From the NCBI GenBank assembly GCA_024224415.1, contig JAAENK010000087.1:356-64355 (forward strand): a stretch of DNA of 64,000 bases, written 5' to 3'. The translations under genes and the position numbers were made by a program. Origin of the DNA: Gammaproteobacteria bacterium (GTDB lineage: Bacteria; Pseudomonadota; Gammaproteobacteria; GCA-001735895). Positions 44,492 through 53,527 of this stretch are shown in pieces; the stretch's first letter is position 1, and every line of letters starts with the position of its first letter. The notes under the pieces are model-generated. The model was not told the DNA's origin. It made no database searches and saw nothing but the letters and a program-made list of their open reading frames with translations.

Positions 44492-45183
44492 CTGAGAACT
44501 ACCTGCTTCGGAGTTTTATTGTGACCAGGTGTTGGTTTTTCTTTTAAGATCAGTCTGCACTATATTTTGCTGGGAGCCTCATGACTGGTCTGGCTGTTGG
44601 CTTATTAACAGCAGCAATAATTTCAAAGCATAATTAATCCTGCTTTTTTAGAAATGGGGGTTTTACGGCAGTTTTCGCCGACACTCGACAAATGGTTATT
44701 TCAGCCTGTTTTTATCATCTGCATTGATGTCAGGATTCTACGAAAGCGAATTTTGTATTGGTTCCCTTGATCTGATCTTAGATGAAGTACGAGACGATCA
44801 GGGCTCGGCAAGCTTTGGACTAGAGTATGTTGGAGAGATTGCTTCTTCTGAAAAAATTGGAAATATTACGAATGTGACTCTAAGGTAGAAAGGGTATTTC
44901 TAATTAAATCTTTCCAATCTGCTTCAGCTCGTATTTATTGATGGGTCGTGGGTAACAGTAAGCAAAACGTATGTTTACAAATTGTACAACAGTGGATCGG
45001 GTTAAAGATCGTTGTTTTCTAAAACTTATCAAAGTGAAGACTATATACTCGAAATAGTTGGTGAATATTTTAGATTGCATTGCCAGGGGGAGAGCTAGAT
45101 AATCGGTGCTTCAAAATCAAAGATTTGTCCAATGCTACTGTGCTGAAGCGTGACGTTCTGGCAAAAAAAAGAAGGTTTAGGCA

Positions 45184-45783
45184 ATGTTAAAAAGAATTCT
45201 TGATGCACTTGGCGCTATCCTGGAGGATGCCCCTGTTTTTAGCCGTCTGATTGATCAAATGAAAGAGTGGGGCGCGACGCAACAGGCGGCTCGTGCACAT
45301 ATGGTGTCCGTGCTAACCAATGTGGTTGCGAGCTTTGAACGGGCTCATTCCATTGTCCTTATTGAATTGTCACTACTTTCCTGTGCAACAAATCCCCAGG
45401 ATTACAAAAGCATTGCGGCTGATAAGATTGACCGCGATAAATTCTACGATTTGTTTCAAGCTAATGAAATATGTGCCCACGTTCATCAGCTTCACTCTGA
45501 TCTCAAAAGTGGATTTGGGGATATAGCTGATTCTATTGTCCTGGGCGCTGCCAAACGTCTGAGCCGAGCTCTTGGAGAATTTGAACAGGGTGAATACACG
45601 CTCGCTGAGCAATACCAGGAACACCTCGCGAGAGTTTTAATGAGCCCTGCTTTAGTGAACGATGAAGAGAGTCTAAAAGACGCCCTAACCGAAATAGCCG
45701 ATGAGCAAGCTCGATTAGCTGAGGAACTGGCGGAGCTAACACAATTCAAACGCCGCTTGCTTCAACTTTCTCTCTATAGCTGA
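45184..45783 (+). CDS. Hypothetical protein (199 aa, predicted all-helical, acidic C-terminal coiled-coil-like region)
   Basis: An isolated ORF with GAAGG 9 nt upstream. It is flanked by 690 nt and 96 nt of AT-rich non-coding DNA. I recognised no family. Confidence 0.45.
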   Translation: MLKRILDALGAILEDAPVFSRLIDQMKEWGATQQAARAHMVSVLTNVVASFERAHSIVLIELSLLSCATNPQDYKSIAADKIDRDKFYDLFQANEICAHVHQLHSDLKSGFGDIADSIVLGAAKRLSRALGEFEQGEYTLAEQYQEHLARVLMSPALVNDEESLKDALTEIADEQARLAEELAELTQFKRRLLQLSLYS

Positions 45784-45879
45784 ATAAAGATCAAGGATCT
45801 CCGATAATACTGGGGTGATTCAATAAGAATAATGTTTGGGATTTGTTTGATGATCCATAGCCAGGTGAAAAACCAAAGC

Positions 45880-46722
45880 TCAATCCTTCCACTGCCGCCG
45901 GTTAATCGCATAGTCACTAACCTTGCCAACAAACGGTAGCATCAGCATACCGGGTAACTGTACGACCTGATTCGTATCACGGTATTTGTGAATGCCGATT
46001 GTCATACTTTCGTGCCCGCCTTTTGGCTGGTCTCGGTAGGTGCCGAATAGTCGATCCCACCAGGGCAGGCTGAAGCCAAAGTTACTATTAGCTTCGTCGT
46101 CTTCCACCGAATGGTGTACTCGGTGCATGTCTGGCGTTACTAGAAACAGACGTAGCACGCGATCGATGCTTTTGGGTAATTTAAGATTGCCATGGTTGAA
46201 CATTGCTGTGGCGTTGAGTATTAATTCGAACATAATTACGGCGACTGCCGGTGCGCCGAGCAGTACTATGGTGGCGAATTTGATCAACATGGAAAGGATG
46301 ATTTCCACCGGGTGAAAACGACTGCCGGTGGTGACATCGTAGTCCAGGTCGGCATGATGGACACGATGCAGACGCCAGAGCACCGGTATGGCATGCACCA
46401 TGACGTGTTGCAGGTAGATGATGAAATCCATCGCAACAATGGTAATCACAACCGACAGGGCGAAGGGTAGTTCGTAGACGTTCAATAAGCCCCAGTTTCT
46501 TTCATCCACGACGATTGCAACGCCGACCGCTGCCGTTGGAAATAGCAGACGCAGGATCAGGCTATTGAGGAAAACCAGTCCCAGATTGTTGGCCCAGCGT
46601 ATAGTTTTGGACACACTCAGGTTGCGTCGGGGTGAGCGTATTTCCCAGATAGCATCTATGGCAAAAATTCCGAAAAAAAATATTAACCGGATAGAGACTT
46701 CGTTATCGGTAATCCAGTTCAT
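45880..46722 (-). CDS. Fatty-acid hydroxylase / sterol desaturase superfamily membrane protein
   Basis: His boxes HVMVHAIPVLWRLHRVHH and HRVHHSVED, with 4 or more TM segments. It overlaps the fdhD stop by 4 nt. Confidence 0.75.
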   Translation of the reverse strand: MNWITDNEVSIRLIFFFGIFAIDAIWEIRSPRRNLSVSKTIRWANNLGLVFLNSLILRLLFPTAAVGVAIVVDERNWGLLNVYELPFALSVVITIVAMDFIIYLQHVMVHAIPVLWRLHRVHHADLDYDVTTGSRFHPVEIILSMLIKFATIVLLGAPAVAVIMFELILNATAMFNHGNLKLPKSIDRVLRLFLVTPDMHRVHHSVEDDEANSNFGFSLPWWDRLFGTYRDQPKGGHESMTIGIHKYRDTNQVVQLPGMLMLPFVGKVSDYAINRRQWKD

Positions 46723-47567
46723 GACTTAGTTTCGGGCACCGCATCAAATTCGATAAATTCCCGCCCATGATAAACCAGAAAATGTCTACCCTTGGCGCGC
46801 GCTATTAGGGTAACCCCAACCTTCTCGGCGATTTCCAGTCCCATACGCGTAATCCCCGAACGCGACAGCAATACAGGAATGCCCATCAGCGCGACCTTAA
46901 TCACCATCTCCGAAGTGAGTCGGCCGGTGGTGTAAAACAACATTTCGTCACCCTGCAAATCGTTCAACCACATATGCCCGGCGATAGCGTCAACCGCATT
47001 ATGCCTGCCGACATCTTCGATGAATTGTTCGATACCGTTGTCTTCGCTACACAGGGCACAACCATGCACCGCACCGGCATTCTTATAGATTTCGTTATGT
47101 TCGTTTAATGTTTTTAACAGTTGATAAACTGAAGACTGTTTTAGCCTTGGTGATTGCAATTTAACCTTACCGATATCATCCATCAGATTGCCGAATACCG
47201 TACCCTGTCCGCAACCGGTGGTGACGGTTTTATGCGATAGTTTTTGATCGAGGTTTTCAACACCGGCGTGCGTGGTAATCGCTACCGATTCGGTATCCCA
47301 GTCTACTTGTATGGCTTTGATGGCTTCGATATCTTCGATCATGCGTTGATTGCGCAACCAGCCGAGGATGAGTAATTCGGGGTGGTTGCCCAGTGTCATC
47401 AGAGTGACAACTTCGCGCTTGTCGAGGTAAATGGTCAGCGCGCGTTCGACCGCCACCGAGCCTTTGATCGCTTCGTTATATTCATTGTAGGAAACTACGC
47501 TTGCGGTAGCGGCGAGTCCGGCGTCGGTGAGTTCGGGCAGGCGTCGCATTGCAGGCGAGCTAGCCAC
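46719..47567 (-). CDS. fdhD: Formate dehydrogenase accessory sulfurtransferase FdhD
   Basis: 282 aa with the blocks ALTIYLDKREVVTLMTLGNHPELLILGWLRNQ, TTGCGQG, GAVHGCAL and GRHNAVD. Confidence 0.85.
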   Translation of the reverse strand: MASSPAMRRLPELTDAGLAATASVVSYNEYNEAIKGSVAVERALTIYLDKREVVTLMTLGNHPELLILGWLRNQRMIEDIEAIKAIQVDWDTESVAITTHAGVENLDQKLSHKTVTTGCGQGTVFGNLMDDIGKVKLQSPRLKQSSVYQLLKTLNEHNEIYKNAGAVHGCALCSEDNGIEQFIEDVGRHNAVDAIAGHMWLNDLQGDEMLFYTTGRLTSEMVIKVALMGIPVLLSRSGITRMGLEIAEKVGVTLIARAKGRHFLVYHGREFIEFDAVPETKS

Positions 47568-48573
47568 CGGTTAAATTCATGTGGCGTAGCAGTATGGTTT
47601 GTGAATTCAGGTCAAAATTATGACCTTCTGGCTTGAGCAACATCGCATCTATGATGGCTTGTTCGAGTACTTTTTGATCGCCCGGGTGACTGCGCACCAC
47701 ATGACGCAAATCCATAGAATGCTCCTGACCAAGGCAAAGTAATAGCCGCCCTTCGACAGTGAGGCGCACCCGATTACAACTATCGCAAAAGTTGTGGCTA
47801 TGCGGCGAGATAAAACCGATGCGGGTATCGTCGTGTTCGGTCAAACGGTAATATCGCGTCGGCCCGGCGGTTTTCATTGTGGTTGGTACGATTTCGTAGT
47901 GATGTTGCAGGTCTTCGAGTATTTCATCGCTGGAACAATAAGTTGCTGCGCGGTCATGTTGTACATTGCCGCCAAGCGGCATTTCCTCGATAAAGCTAAT
48001 GTCGATGCCTCTGTCAATGCAGAATTTGACCAGGCCGTGCATTTCGTCGTGGTTATAGTTTTTCATTACTACGCTATTGATCTTAATCTGCTCAAAATTA
48101 CAGTTAATCGCGGCATCTATACCGTCAAGAGTTTGCTGCAAATCACCGATGCGAGTCATATCGCGGAAGCGATCTGCACGCAGTGTATCGAGGCTGATAT
48201 TAATTCGCGTCACGCCAGCATCTTTGAGTGCGCGAGCGTATTTCTTTAACTGTGTACCATTGGTGGTTAGAGTCAGGTCGCGTAAGTTCTCGATTGTTCC
48301 CAGGTTGTTGAATAATTGCAGGATATTACGGCGTACCAGTGGCTCGCCGCCGGTGATCCGAATCTTGTCGACACCAAGATTGATAAACGACCGCGCAATA
48401 CTTTCCATTTCCTCCAGTGTTAACAACTGGCTACGTGGTACGAACTGCATTTTCTCCGGCATACAATAGACGCAGCGTAAATCGCAACGGTCTGTCACCG
48501 AGAGGCGGATATAATTCACCGTTCGACCGAAACGATCGACTAGCTTGCTTTGCTGGCTGGTTGATGCATCCAT
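47560..48573 (-). CDS. moaA: GTP 3',8-cyclase MoaA (radical SAM, molybdopterin biosynthesis)
   Basis: DRFGRTVNYIRLSVTDRCDLRCVYCMP contains the CxxxCxxC motif. ITGGEPL and the C-terminal second-cluster cysteines CDSCNRVRLT are also present. Confidence 0.93.
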   Translation of the reverse strand: MDASTSQQSKLVDRFGRTVNYIRLSVTDRCDLRCVYCMPEKMQFVPRSQLLTLEEMESIARSFINLGVDKIRITGGEPLVRRNILQLFNNLGTIENLRDLTLTTNGTQLKKYARALKDAGVTRINISLDTLRADRFRDMTRIGDLQQTLDGIDAAINCNFEQIKINSVVMKNYNHDEMHGLVKFCIDRGIDISFIEEMPLGGNVQHDRAATYCSSDEILEDLQHHYEIVPTTMKTAGPTRYYRLTEHDDTRIGFISPHSHNFCDSCNRVRLTVEGRLLLCLGQEHSMDLRHVVRSHPGDQKVLEQAIIDAMLLKPEGHNFDLNSQTILLRHMNLTGG

Positions 48574-48735
48574 AAGTGGTCGATTCTAACAATTAACCGG
48601 TGGATTGATAATAACTAATTTTTGTATGGCTACAGTTGGCGTGTGTCTATTGAGTCTGGAGGCTCCCTTATTGTGTTGATTATTGAGTCCATTTTTTGTT
48701 AACTTGACATCACTCAGTGATCCACGCTCAAAAAT

Positions 48736-49044
48736 ATGAGACATGTAATGCAAGCCAGCACGCAACAAGTTATTGAAAAGAAGTTAGCAGACACTCTTAC
48801 TCCAGAATTTCTTCAAGTAGAAAATGAAAGTTCCCAGCATGCTGGCCATGCACATGGAGGGCTTGATTCGCATTTCAAAGTTACCATTGTCTGCGCCGAT
48901 TTCACCACCTTGAGTCGTGTAGCAAGGCATAAACGTGTTTACAAAATTCTCTCTGAAGAATTGGCAGGTTCCGTACATGCGCTAGTCATTAAAGCCTTTT
49001 CTGTTGAGGAGTGGAGCAGTCAGCAAGGGCAGCAAATAAGCTAA
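48736..49044 (+). CDS. bolA: BolA-family protein
   Basis: FLQVENESSQHAG....SHFKVTIVCADFTTLSRVARHKRVYKILSEELAGSVHALVIKAFSVEEW aligns with E. coli BolA. Confidence 0.8.
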   Translation: MRHVMQASTQQVIEKKLADTLTPEFLQVENESSQHAGHAHGGLDSHFKVTIVCADFTTLSRVARHKRVYKILSEELAGSVHALVIKAFSVEEWSSQQGQQIS

Positions 49045-49209
49045 TTGGTTTCAAATAGTTTGTAAATCGAAAGATTTGCTATAGTTTTAGGGGTTAGGTC
49101 TAGCATCAACTAAACAACCACCAGGTCTGTGTAGGGTGCGATGAAACGCTCCCCTACGGTGCAACAACAATGAGTTGGTAACTTACTTAACGTCTGAACA
49201 AAGATTCCA

Positions 49210-49329
49210 GTCATTGCGCAGCGCTGTGGCAATCTTCTGTTTATGATCAAAACCTTCAAAGCAGCCTGTGTCAAGAACACCACCCGTACCTACAAAATAA
49301 CAATCAGGCTGGACGGATTAACACTTTAG
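49210..49329 (+). pseudogene. Duplicated 5' UTR plus the first codons of a carbon-nitrogen hydrolase gene (paralogous to 51512..51590), truncated
   Basis: gtcattgcg..cagcgctgtggcaatctt..ATG..ttcaaagcagc.tgt.t..agaacacc is shared with the true gene start at 51552. Here MIKTFKAACVKNTT runs into unrelated sequence and stops after 28 codons. Confidence 0.5.
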
Positions 49330-49741
49330 ATTCTAAAGCATTAACAGCCAGTTGCTGCTGCTGGTGGCGGTTCTGGTAAAACAGAATGCCTTTATCTCCT
49401 AAACATATTTCAATACTCTCGACACATTCTTCGATGGATAAATCATCATTAGGCCGATCAATATCGGCTGCCAGATAGACGTTCACATATACCTCCAGAA
49501 TTCTCCTGACTCAAACAGAGCGTGAGCTAGATTTTTGGATACCCCAAGGCCGAACCGTCACGCGTATTCCTGCTCTGATATGTGCTGGAATAATGGAAAT
49601 TGCGTGTTTATACTTCAATTAGAGCAAGCCGGTTTTTCAGGTTAGGAGCAGGGTTTATAATTTGAATATCACCAGGATGCCACCCCAAATGACTTTTTAA
49701 CCTGTCATTTGAGCCAATCTCACAGACCAGCGAGAACCCTT

Positions 49742-50092
49742 ATGACGAAGACAATTGCTCACGTGAAGCATTTTGCCGATCTAACCTTTAACCCCCGGTT
49801 TGAGTATGGGGAACAGGCGCAGGCGGCGGTAATTTGCAACGCCGAAGACGGGACTGAACTGGGGGCAGGAATTGGGCGGTTGAAAAACGCATGTTTCCCC
49901 TGGACCATCAAATATGACGAAGTTCTGGTGGTGCTGGAAGGCCAGTTGCGTATTCATGCAAACGGAGAGGTTTTACAGGCTGACAAACATGACAGCATTT
50001 TCCTGCCTGCGGGAACGGCGCTTGAATATGAGGCCGAAGACGCGCTGATCCTTTATGCCATCCATCCGGCGAACTGGTCTGAACAGGGATGA
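49742..50092 (+). CDS. Cupin-domain protein (EutQ/DUF861-like)
   Basis: About 116 aa. The pattern ..WTIKYDEVLVVLEGQLRI...G.....GDSIFLPAGTALEY is a single cupin barrel. It overlaps the next gene by 4 nt. Confidence 0.55.
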   Translation: MTKTIAHVKHFADLTFNPRFEYGEQAQAAVICNAEDGTELGAGIGRLKNACFPWTIKYDEVLVVLEGQLRIHANGEVLQADKHDSIFLPAGTALEYEAEDALILYAIHPANWSEQG

Positions 50093-51405
50093 CGCAAATC
50101 ACCGATTTGCCGAATAATGATTCGGGCAACGGATGGGCAAACACATTGCCACCGCGGCTTGCGTGCTCGCCCTTGTCAGAAGATATCAGCTGTGACTGGC
50201 TGGTGATTGGAGCCGGTTTCGCAGGTCTGGCGGCAGCTCGAAGGTTAAGTGAAAACAATCCCGAAGACCGGGTCGTAATCGTTGATGCCTGCAAGGTTGG
50301 CGATGGGGCTTCGGCGAGGAACTCTGGTTTTGTCATTGATCTGCCTCATAATGTTGGATCTGATCTCGATAATCTGGACATGCAGCACAGGTCTTTGCGG
50401 TTGGCGCGGGCGGCGGTGACACAATTGGAAGACATTGTTCAGACAAATGCCATAGATTGTCAATGGTCGCATCGTGGGCAGTACATGGCGGCAGCCAGTG
50501 ACAAGGGTGAGGCGGTACTTGACGGGTTCAGTTCGGGTCTGGATGCGCTTGGTGAGTCCTACCAGAAGGTTTCTGCGGATGACCTGAATTCGGCTATTGG
50601 CACCAGTTACTATCGGCGAGCGATCTTTACGCCAGGAACCATCCTGATGCAGCCAGCTGCGTTGGTGTGTGGGCTGGCTGACACCTTGCCTGAATCCGTG
50701 GAGCTATATGAAGACACGCCGGTAACCAGTAGCCGGTTCGGTTCGCCACATCAGTTTTCAACGCCCAATGGATCGATCCGGGCGCGGCAGGTGATTTTGG
50801 CGGTAAATGGATTTGCTCCTGCGTTCAACATCCTGAAAGGTCGCGTTTTTTCGCTACAACTTCTTGCCAGCATGACCCGCGTCTTAAGCGATGGTGAACT
50901 GGTAAAGCTTGGTTGTGAACCTGATTGGGGGTTGGTGCCAGCACTGCCTTTTGGTGGCCCGACAATGCGGCTGACGCAGGACCGGAGGCTGGTTATGCGC
51001 TCGGTGTTTTCCTATCGCCACTCGCGACACGTAAGTGCGGGGCAATACCAGAAAGCCGGGGCCCTGCAGGCTCGGCAAATTCAGGCTCGGTTTGGAGCGC
51101 TGCCTGCCGGGATCATAAAACACACCTGGGCTGGTAATATTACACTTTCACAGAACTTTGCTCCCGGCTTTGGCAAGCAGGCGGACGGGGTTTACTCAGC
51201 GGTCTGTCAAAATGGTGTTGGCGTGACCAAGGGCACGATTTCCGGCATTTTGGCAGCTGATCTGGCGAGCGGTCGGGACAATCCCCTGATTTCTGATATG
51301 GAAACCTTAGGCGTTCCATGCAGGTTACCTCCGCGCCCATTCCTTGATCTGGGGATTACTGCGAAACTGAAATGGTGGGTACGTAGTAGTCGGGTTGATG
51401 GGTGA
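50089..51405 (+). CDS. FAD-dependent oxidoreductase (DAO family, gamma-glutamylputrescine-oxidase-like)
   Basis: 438 aa. CDWLVIGAGFAGLAAARRL plus GASARNSGF are the DAO-family N-terminal motifs. Confidence 0.78.
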   Translation: MTQITDLPNNDSGNGWANTLPPRLACSPLSEDISCDWLVIGAGFAGLAAARRLSENNPEDRVVIVDACKVGDGASARNSGFVIDLPHNVGSDLDNLDMQHRSLRLARAAVTQLEDIVQTNAIDCQWSHRGQYMAAASDKGEAVLDGFSSGLDALGESYQKVSADDLNSAIGTSYYRRAIFTPGTILMQPAALVCGLADTLPESVELYEDTPVTSSRFGSPHQFSTPNGSIRARQVILAVNGFAPAFNILKGRVFSLQLLASMTRVLSDGELVKLGCEPDWGLVPALPFGGPTMRLTQDRRLVMRSVFSYRHSRHVSAGQYQKAGALQARQIQARFGALPAGIIKHTWAGNITLSQNFAPGFGKQADGVYSAVCQNGVGVTKGTISGILAADLASGRDNPLISDMETLGVPCRLPPRPFLDLGITAKLKWWVRSSRVDG

Positions 51406-51551
51406 CACCTGATTTCACAGTCAACATAAATATTGATATTCCATCACATATACTGGTTTATGGGCACATTGCGACACCAGACGTCGCCATAACCCCAAAA
51501 GAACCAGCGGTGTCATTGCGAAGCGCGCAGCGCTGTGGCAATCTTTTGTAT

Positions 51552-52382
51552 ATGACTAATATATTCAAAGCAGCATGTATCCAGAACACCGCCGGTCGCG
51601 ATATCGAGGCCAACATAACCTGGGTGTGCGAATATATCGACCAAGCCGCCACCGCTGGTGCAGCATTCATCGCCATACCCGAAACCGTTGGTTTGATCGA
51701 GCCTGTGAATGAGAAGATTCCGGCGTTAACTTATAGTGAGGCCGACGATGTCGGGTTGGCTGCATTTCGTGGAAAAGCGAAAGAACACCAGGTTTTCATT
51801 TTAGTTGGTTCGCAATTAATCAGGCTGGATGATGGCCGTATTGTTAACCGCAGTTTTTTACTCAATGCTCAGGGAGAGATTAAAGCTCGCTACGACAAGC
51901 TGCATATGTTTGATATCCAACTGGCGAATGGTGAGTGTTACCTGGAATCTGAAATGATCACACCGGGCGACCGCGCGGTGATTACCGATACCCCCTGGGG
52001 CAAGCTCGGCATGTCGGTTTGCTACGACCTGCGCTTTGCCACACTATATCGCACACTTGCGCAAAACGGTGCACAAATGTTGACAATACCTGCCGCGTTT
52101 ACGCAAACAACAGGTAAGGCGCATTGGCATACGTTGGTAATCGCCCGCGCCATCGAAACCGGTAGCTTTGTGATTGCACCCAATCAATGCGGCCATCACG
52201 CTGACAAACGCTACTCTTTTGGCCATTCGCTAATTGTTGATCCCTGGGGCGAAGTGTTGGCGGACGGTGGTGCCGAGCCTGGTATTATCTATGCTGACAT
52301 TGATTTGCAAAAAGTTGACAATGCGCGTAGTCGGATTCCTGCTTTAACACATGATCGGGTGTTTACCGTAGAGTTTCAGTAG
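51552..52382 (+). CDS. Carbon-nitrogen hydrolase (nitrilase superfamily, Nit/omega-amidase-like)
   Basis: From MTNIFKAACIQ. The catalytic triad contexts are PE (IAIPET), K (YDKLHMF) and C (LGMSVCYDLRF). The track start at 51402 is an over-extension. Confidence 0.85.
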   Translation: MTNIFKAACIQNTAGRDIEANITWVCEYIDQAATAGAAFIAIPETVGLIEPVNEKIPALTYSEADDVGLAAFRGKAKEHQVFILVGSQLIRLDDGRIVNRSFLLNAQGEIKARYDKLHMFDIQLANGECYLESEMITPGDRAVITDTPWGKLGMSVCYDLRFATLYRTLAQNGAQMLTIPAAFTQTTGKAHWHTLVIARAIETGSFVIAPNQCGHHADKRYSFGHSLIVDPWGEVLADGGAEPGIIYADIDLQKVDNARSRIPALTHDRVFTVEFQ

Positions 52383-52385
52383 CTA

Positions 52386-53456
52386 TCAGGAAAGGCATTG
52401 CCCATCTTGTAAGATATTTCCAACTTGCCAGGCTAACAAGCACAAATCCCGCTGCTCCTTGTCCAGCACTCCAATCTTTTCAACATAATCAAAAAAAGCC
52501 TCGAAATCATTGTCATGCGCATTAATCATCGCCACAAAAGAGGGTATTAGCGCATGGTAAGTTGACACAGAAGCCAGTTTGGCATTATTCAATTCACTGG
52601 CAAACCATTTAGCAAAACCGTCACGATAATTATGTGCTGTTGATATGTCTTCATAGCGTTGTCGGCTGGTTTGAAAAATGGCCTGCTTTTGTCGCCGCTT
52701 GTCTTCGTCATCCAGCTCACTGTGGTAAAGTTCAGCAAGTTGATTTCTGGCAGATTCGATTAATAACACCACATCACCTCGATACGACAGACTACGGTTA
52801 AATTGATCGAGTTGATCGATCTGTTGACGGTGGTTTAGCCAGAGTTGAGTGCCAACCTGTTGCACCGCACTGGCAAGTGATTCGTTAAATTTTGAATCGT
52901 CATCGATATAAATACGCTGATGGGTTAATTCGTGGAATAGCAGGCCTGCGAGGCGAAACTCAGGCCAGTGGATGAAACTGCTCAGTACCGGATCGTCAAA
53001 CCAGCCCAGCGTCGAGTAGGCGGGAACTCGGACGATGTATATCTCGTTACCCTCGATTTCCAACTGCTTGACAAACTTATTCAGTCTTTGTTGTTCGTAA
53101 TAACCTCGATAAGTAGTGCATCCGGCGACAGGGTAACACCAGCTCAGTAATTTGGTGGAAAATTCTGGGGTGGCAAACAGGTTTTGCAGCGCATAAGGGC
53201 GGTCGAGCTGAGCGAAATCGGTATAACTGCCTGAATCGGTCAACGCCAGTTGGTCGATGGAAAACTGGCGGATTTCCCTGATCAGTTCGAGACGTTGTTT
53301 CAACTTTTTATCAAGTTCTGGATCGTCGATCAAGTCATCAATCGGCTCGCGTTTATGCATAATCGCCAGATGTCCCTTGGCCGAGTGCCAGTAGTAGGTA
53401 ATATCGGCGCAGCCACTAAGTAGCGGGATTAATATAATAATCAATACAGAACGCAT
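52386..53456 (-). CDS. Putative lipoprotein zinc aminopeptidase (DUF2265/aminopeptidase family)
   Basis: From MRSVLIIILIPLLSGCAD (lipobox), with the HExxH motif in LLFHELTHQ. The track N-terminal extension to 53750 was rejected. Confidence 0.68.
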   Translation of the reverse strand: MRSVLIIILIPLLSGCADITYYWHSAKGHLAIMHKREPIDDLIDDPELDKKLKQRLELIREIRQFSIDQLALTDSGSYTDFAQLDRPYALQNLFATPEFSTKLLSWCYPVAGCTTYRGYYEQQRLNKFVKQLEIEGNEIYIVRVPAYSTLGWFDDPVLSSFIHWPEFRLAGLLFHELTHQRIYIDDDSKFNESLASAVQQVGTQLWLNHRQQIDQLDQFNRSLSYRGDVVLLIESARNQLAELYHSELDDEDKRRQKQAIFQTSRQRYEDISTAHNYRDGFAKWFASELNNAKLASVSTYHALIPSFVAMINAHDNDFEAFFDYVEKIGVLDKEQRDLCLLAWQVGNILQDGQCLS

Positions 53457-53527
53457 CAATAAATTCAAAGTTTTCAAACAAAGCAAGAGACAGTATTCTC
53501 TCATAAACCCGAATGCGGAGATAATAG

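Noticed and set aside
44492-44760. A possible cobalamin riboswitch upstream of the EamA / BtuFCD-like cluster. It would be attractive given the MttB gene.
   Set aside because: Reading the minus strand, I could not find the B12 box (AGYCMGGAGACCKGCC-like) or the conserved GGGAA/GGUG/CCCGC core elements. Only unrelated short hairpins are present. A cmsearch with RF00174 would settle it.
48574-48735. A possible Moco riboswitch in the moaA leader.
   Set aside because: A GGGAGCCUCCAG segment is vaguely reminiscent of the motif. The conserved GGAAAGG element and the multi-stem architecture as I recall it are not evident. The 162-nt spacer also has to house the divergent bolA promoter. The idea is unsupported without a covariance-model search (RF01055).
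49304-49486. A 60-aa minus-strand ORF (MNVYLAADIDRPNDDLSIEECVES...) inside the bracketed insert, considered as a possible antitoxin-like gene.
   Set aside because: It has no adjacent partner gene, no recognisable fold or motif, and a weak start context. There is not enough evidence to call it a gene.
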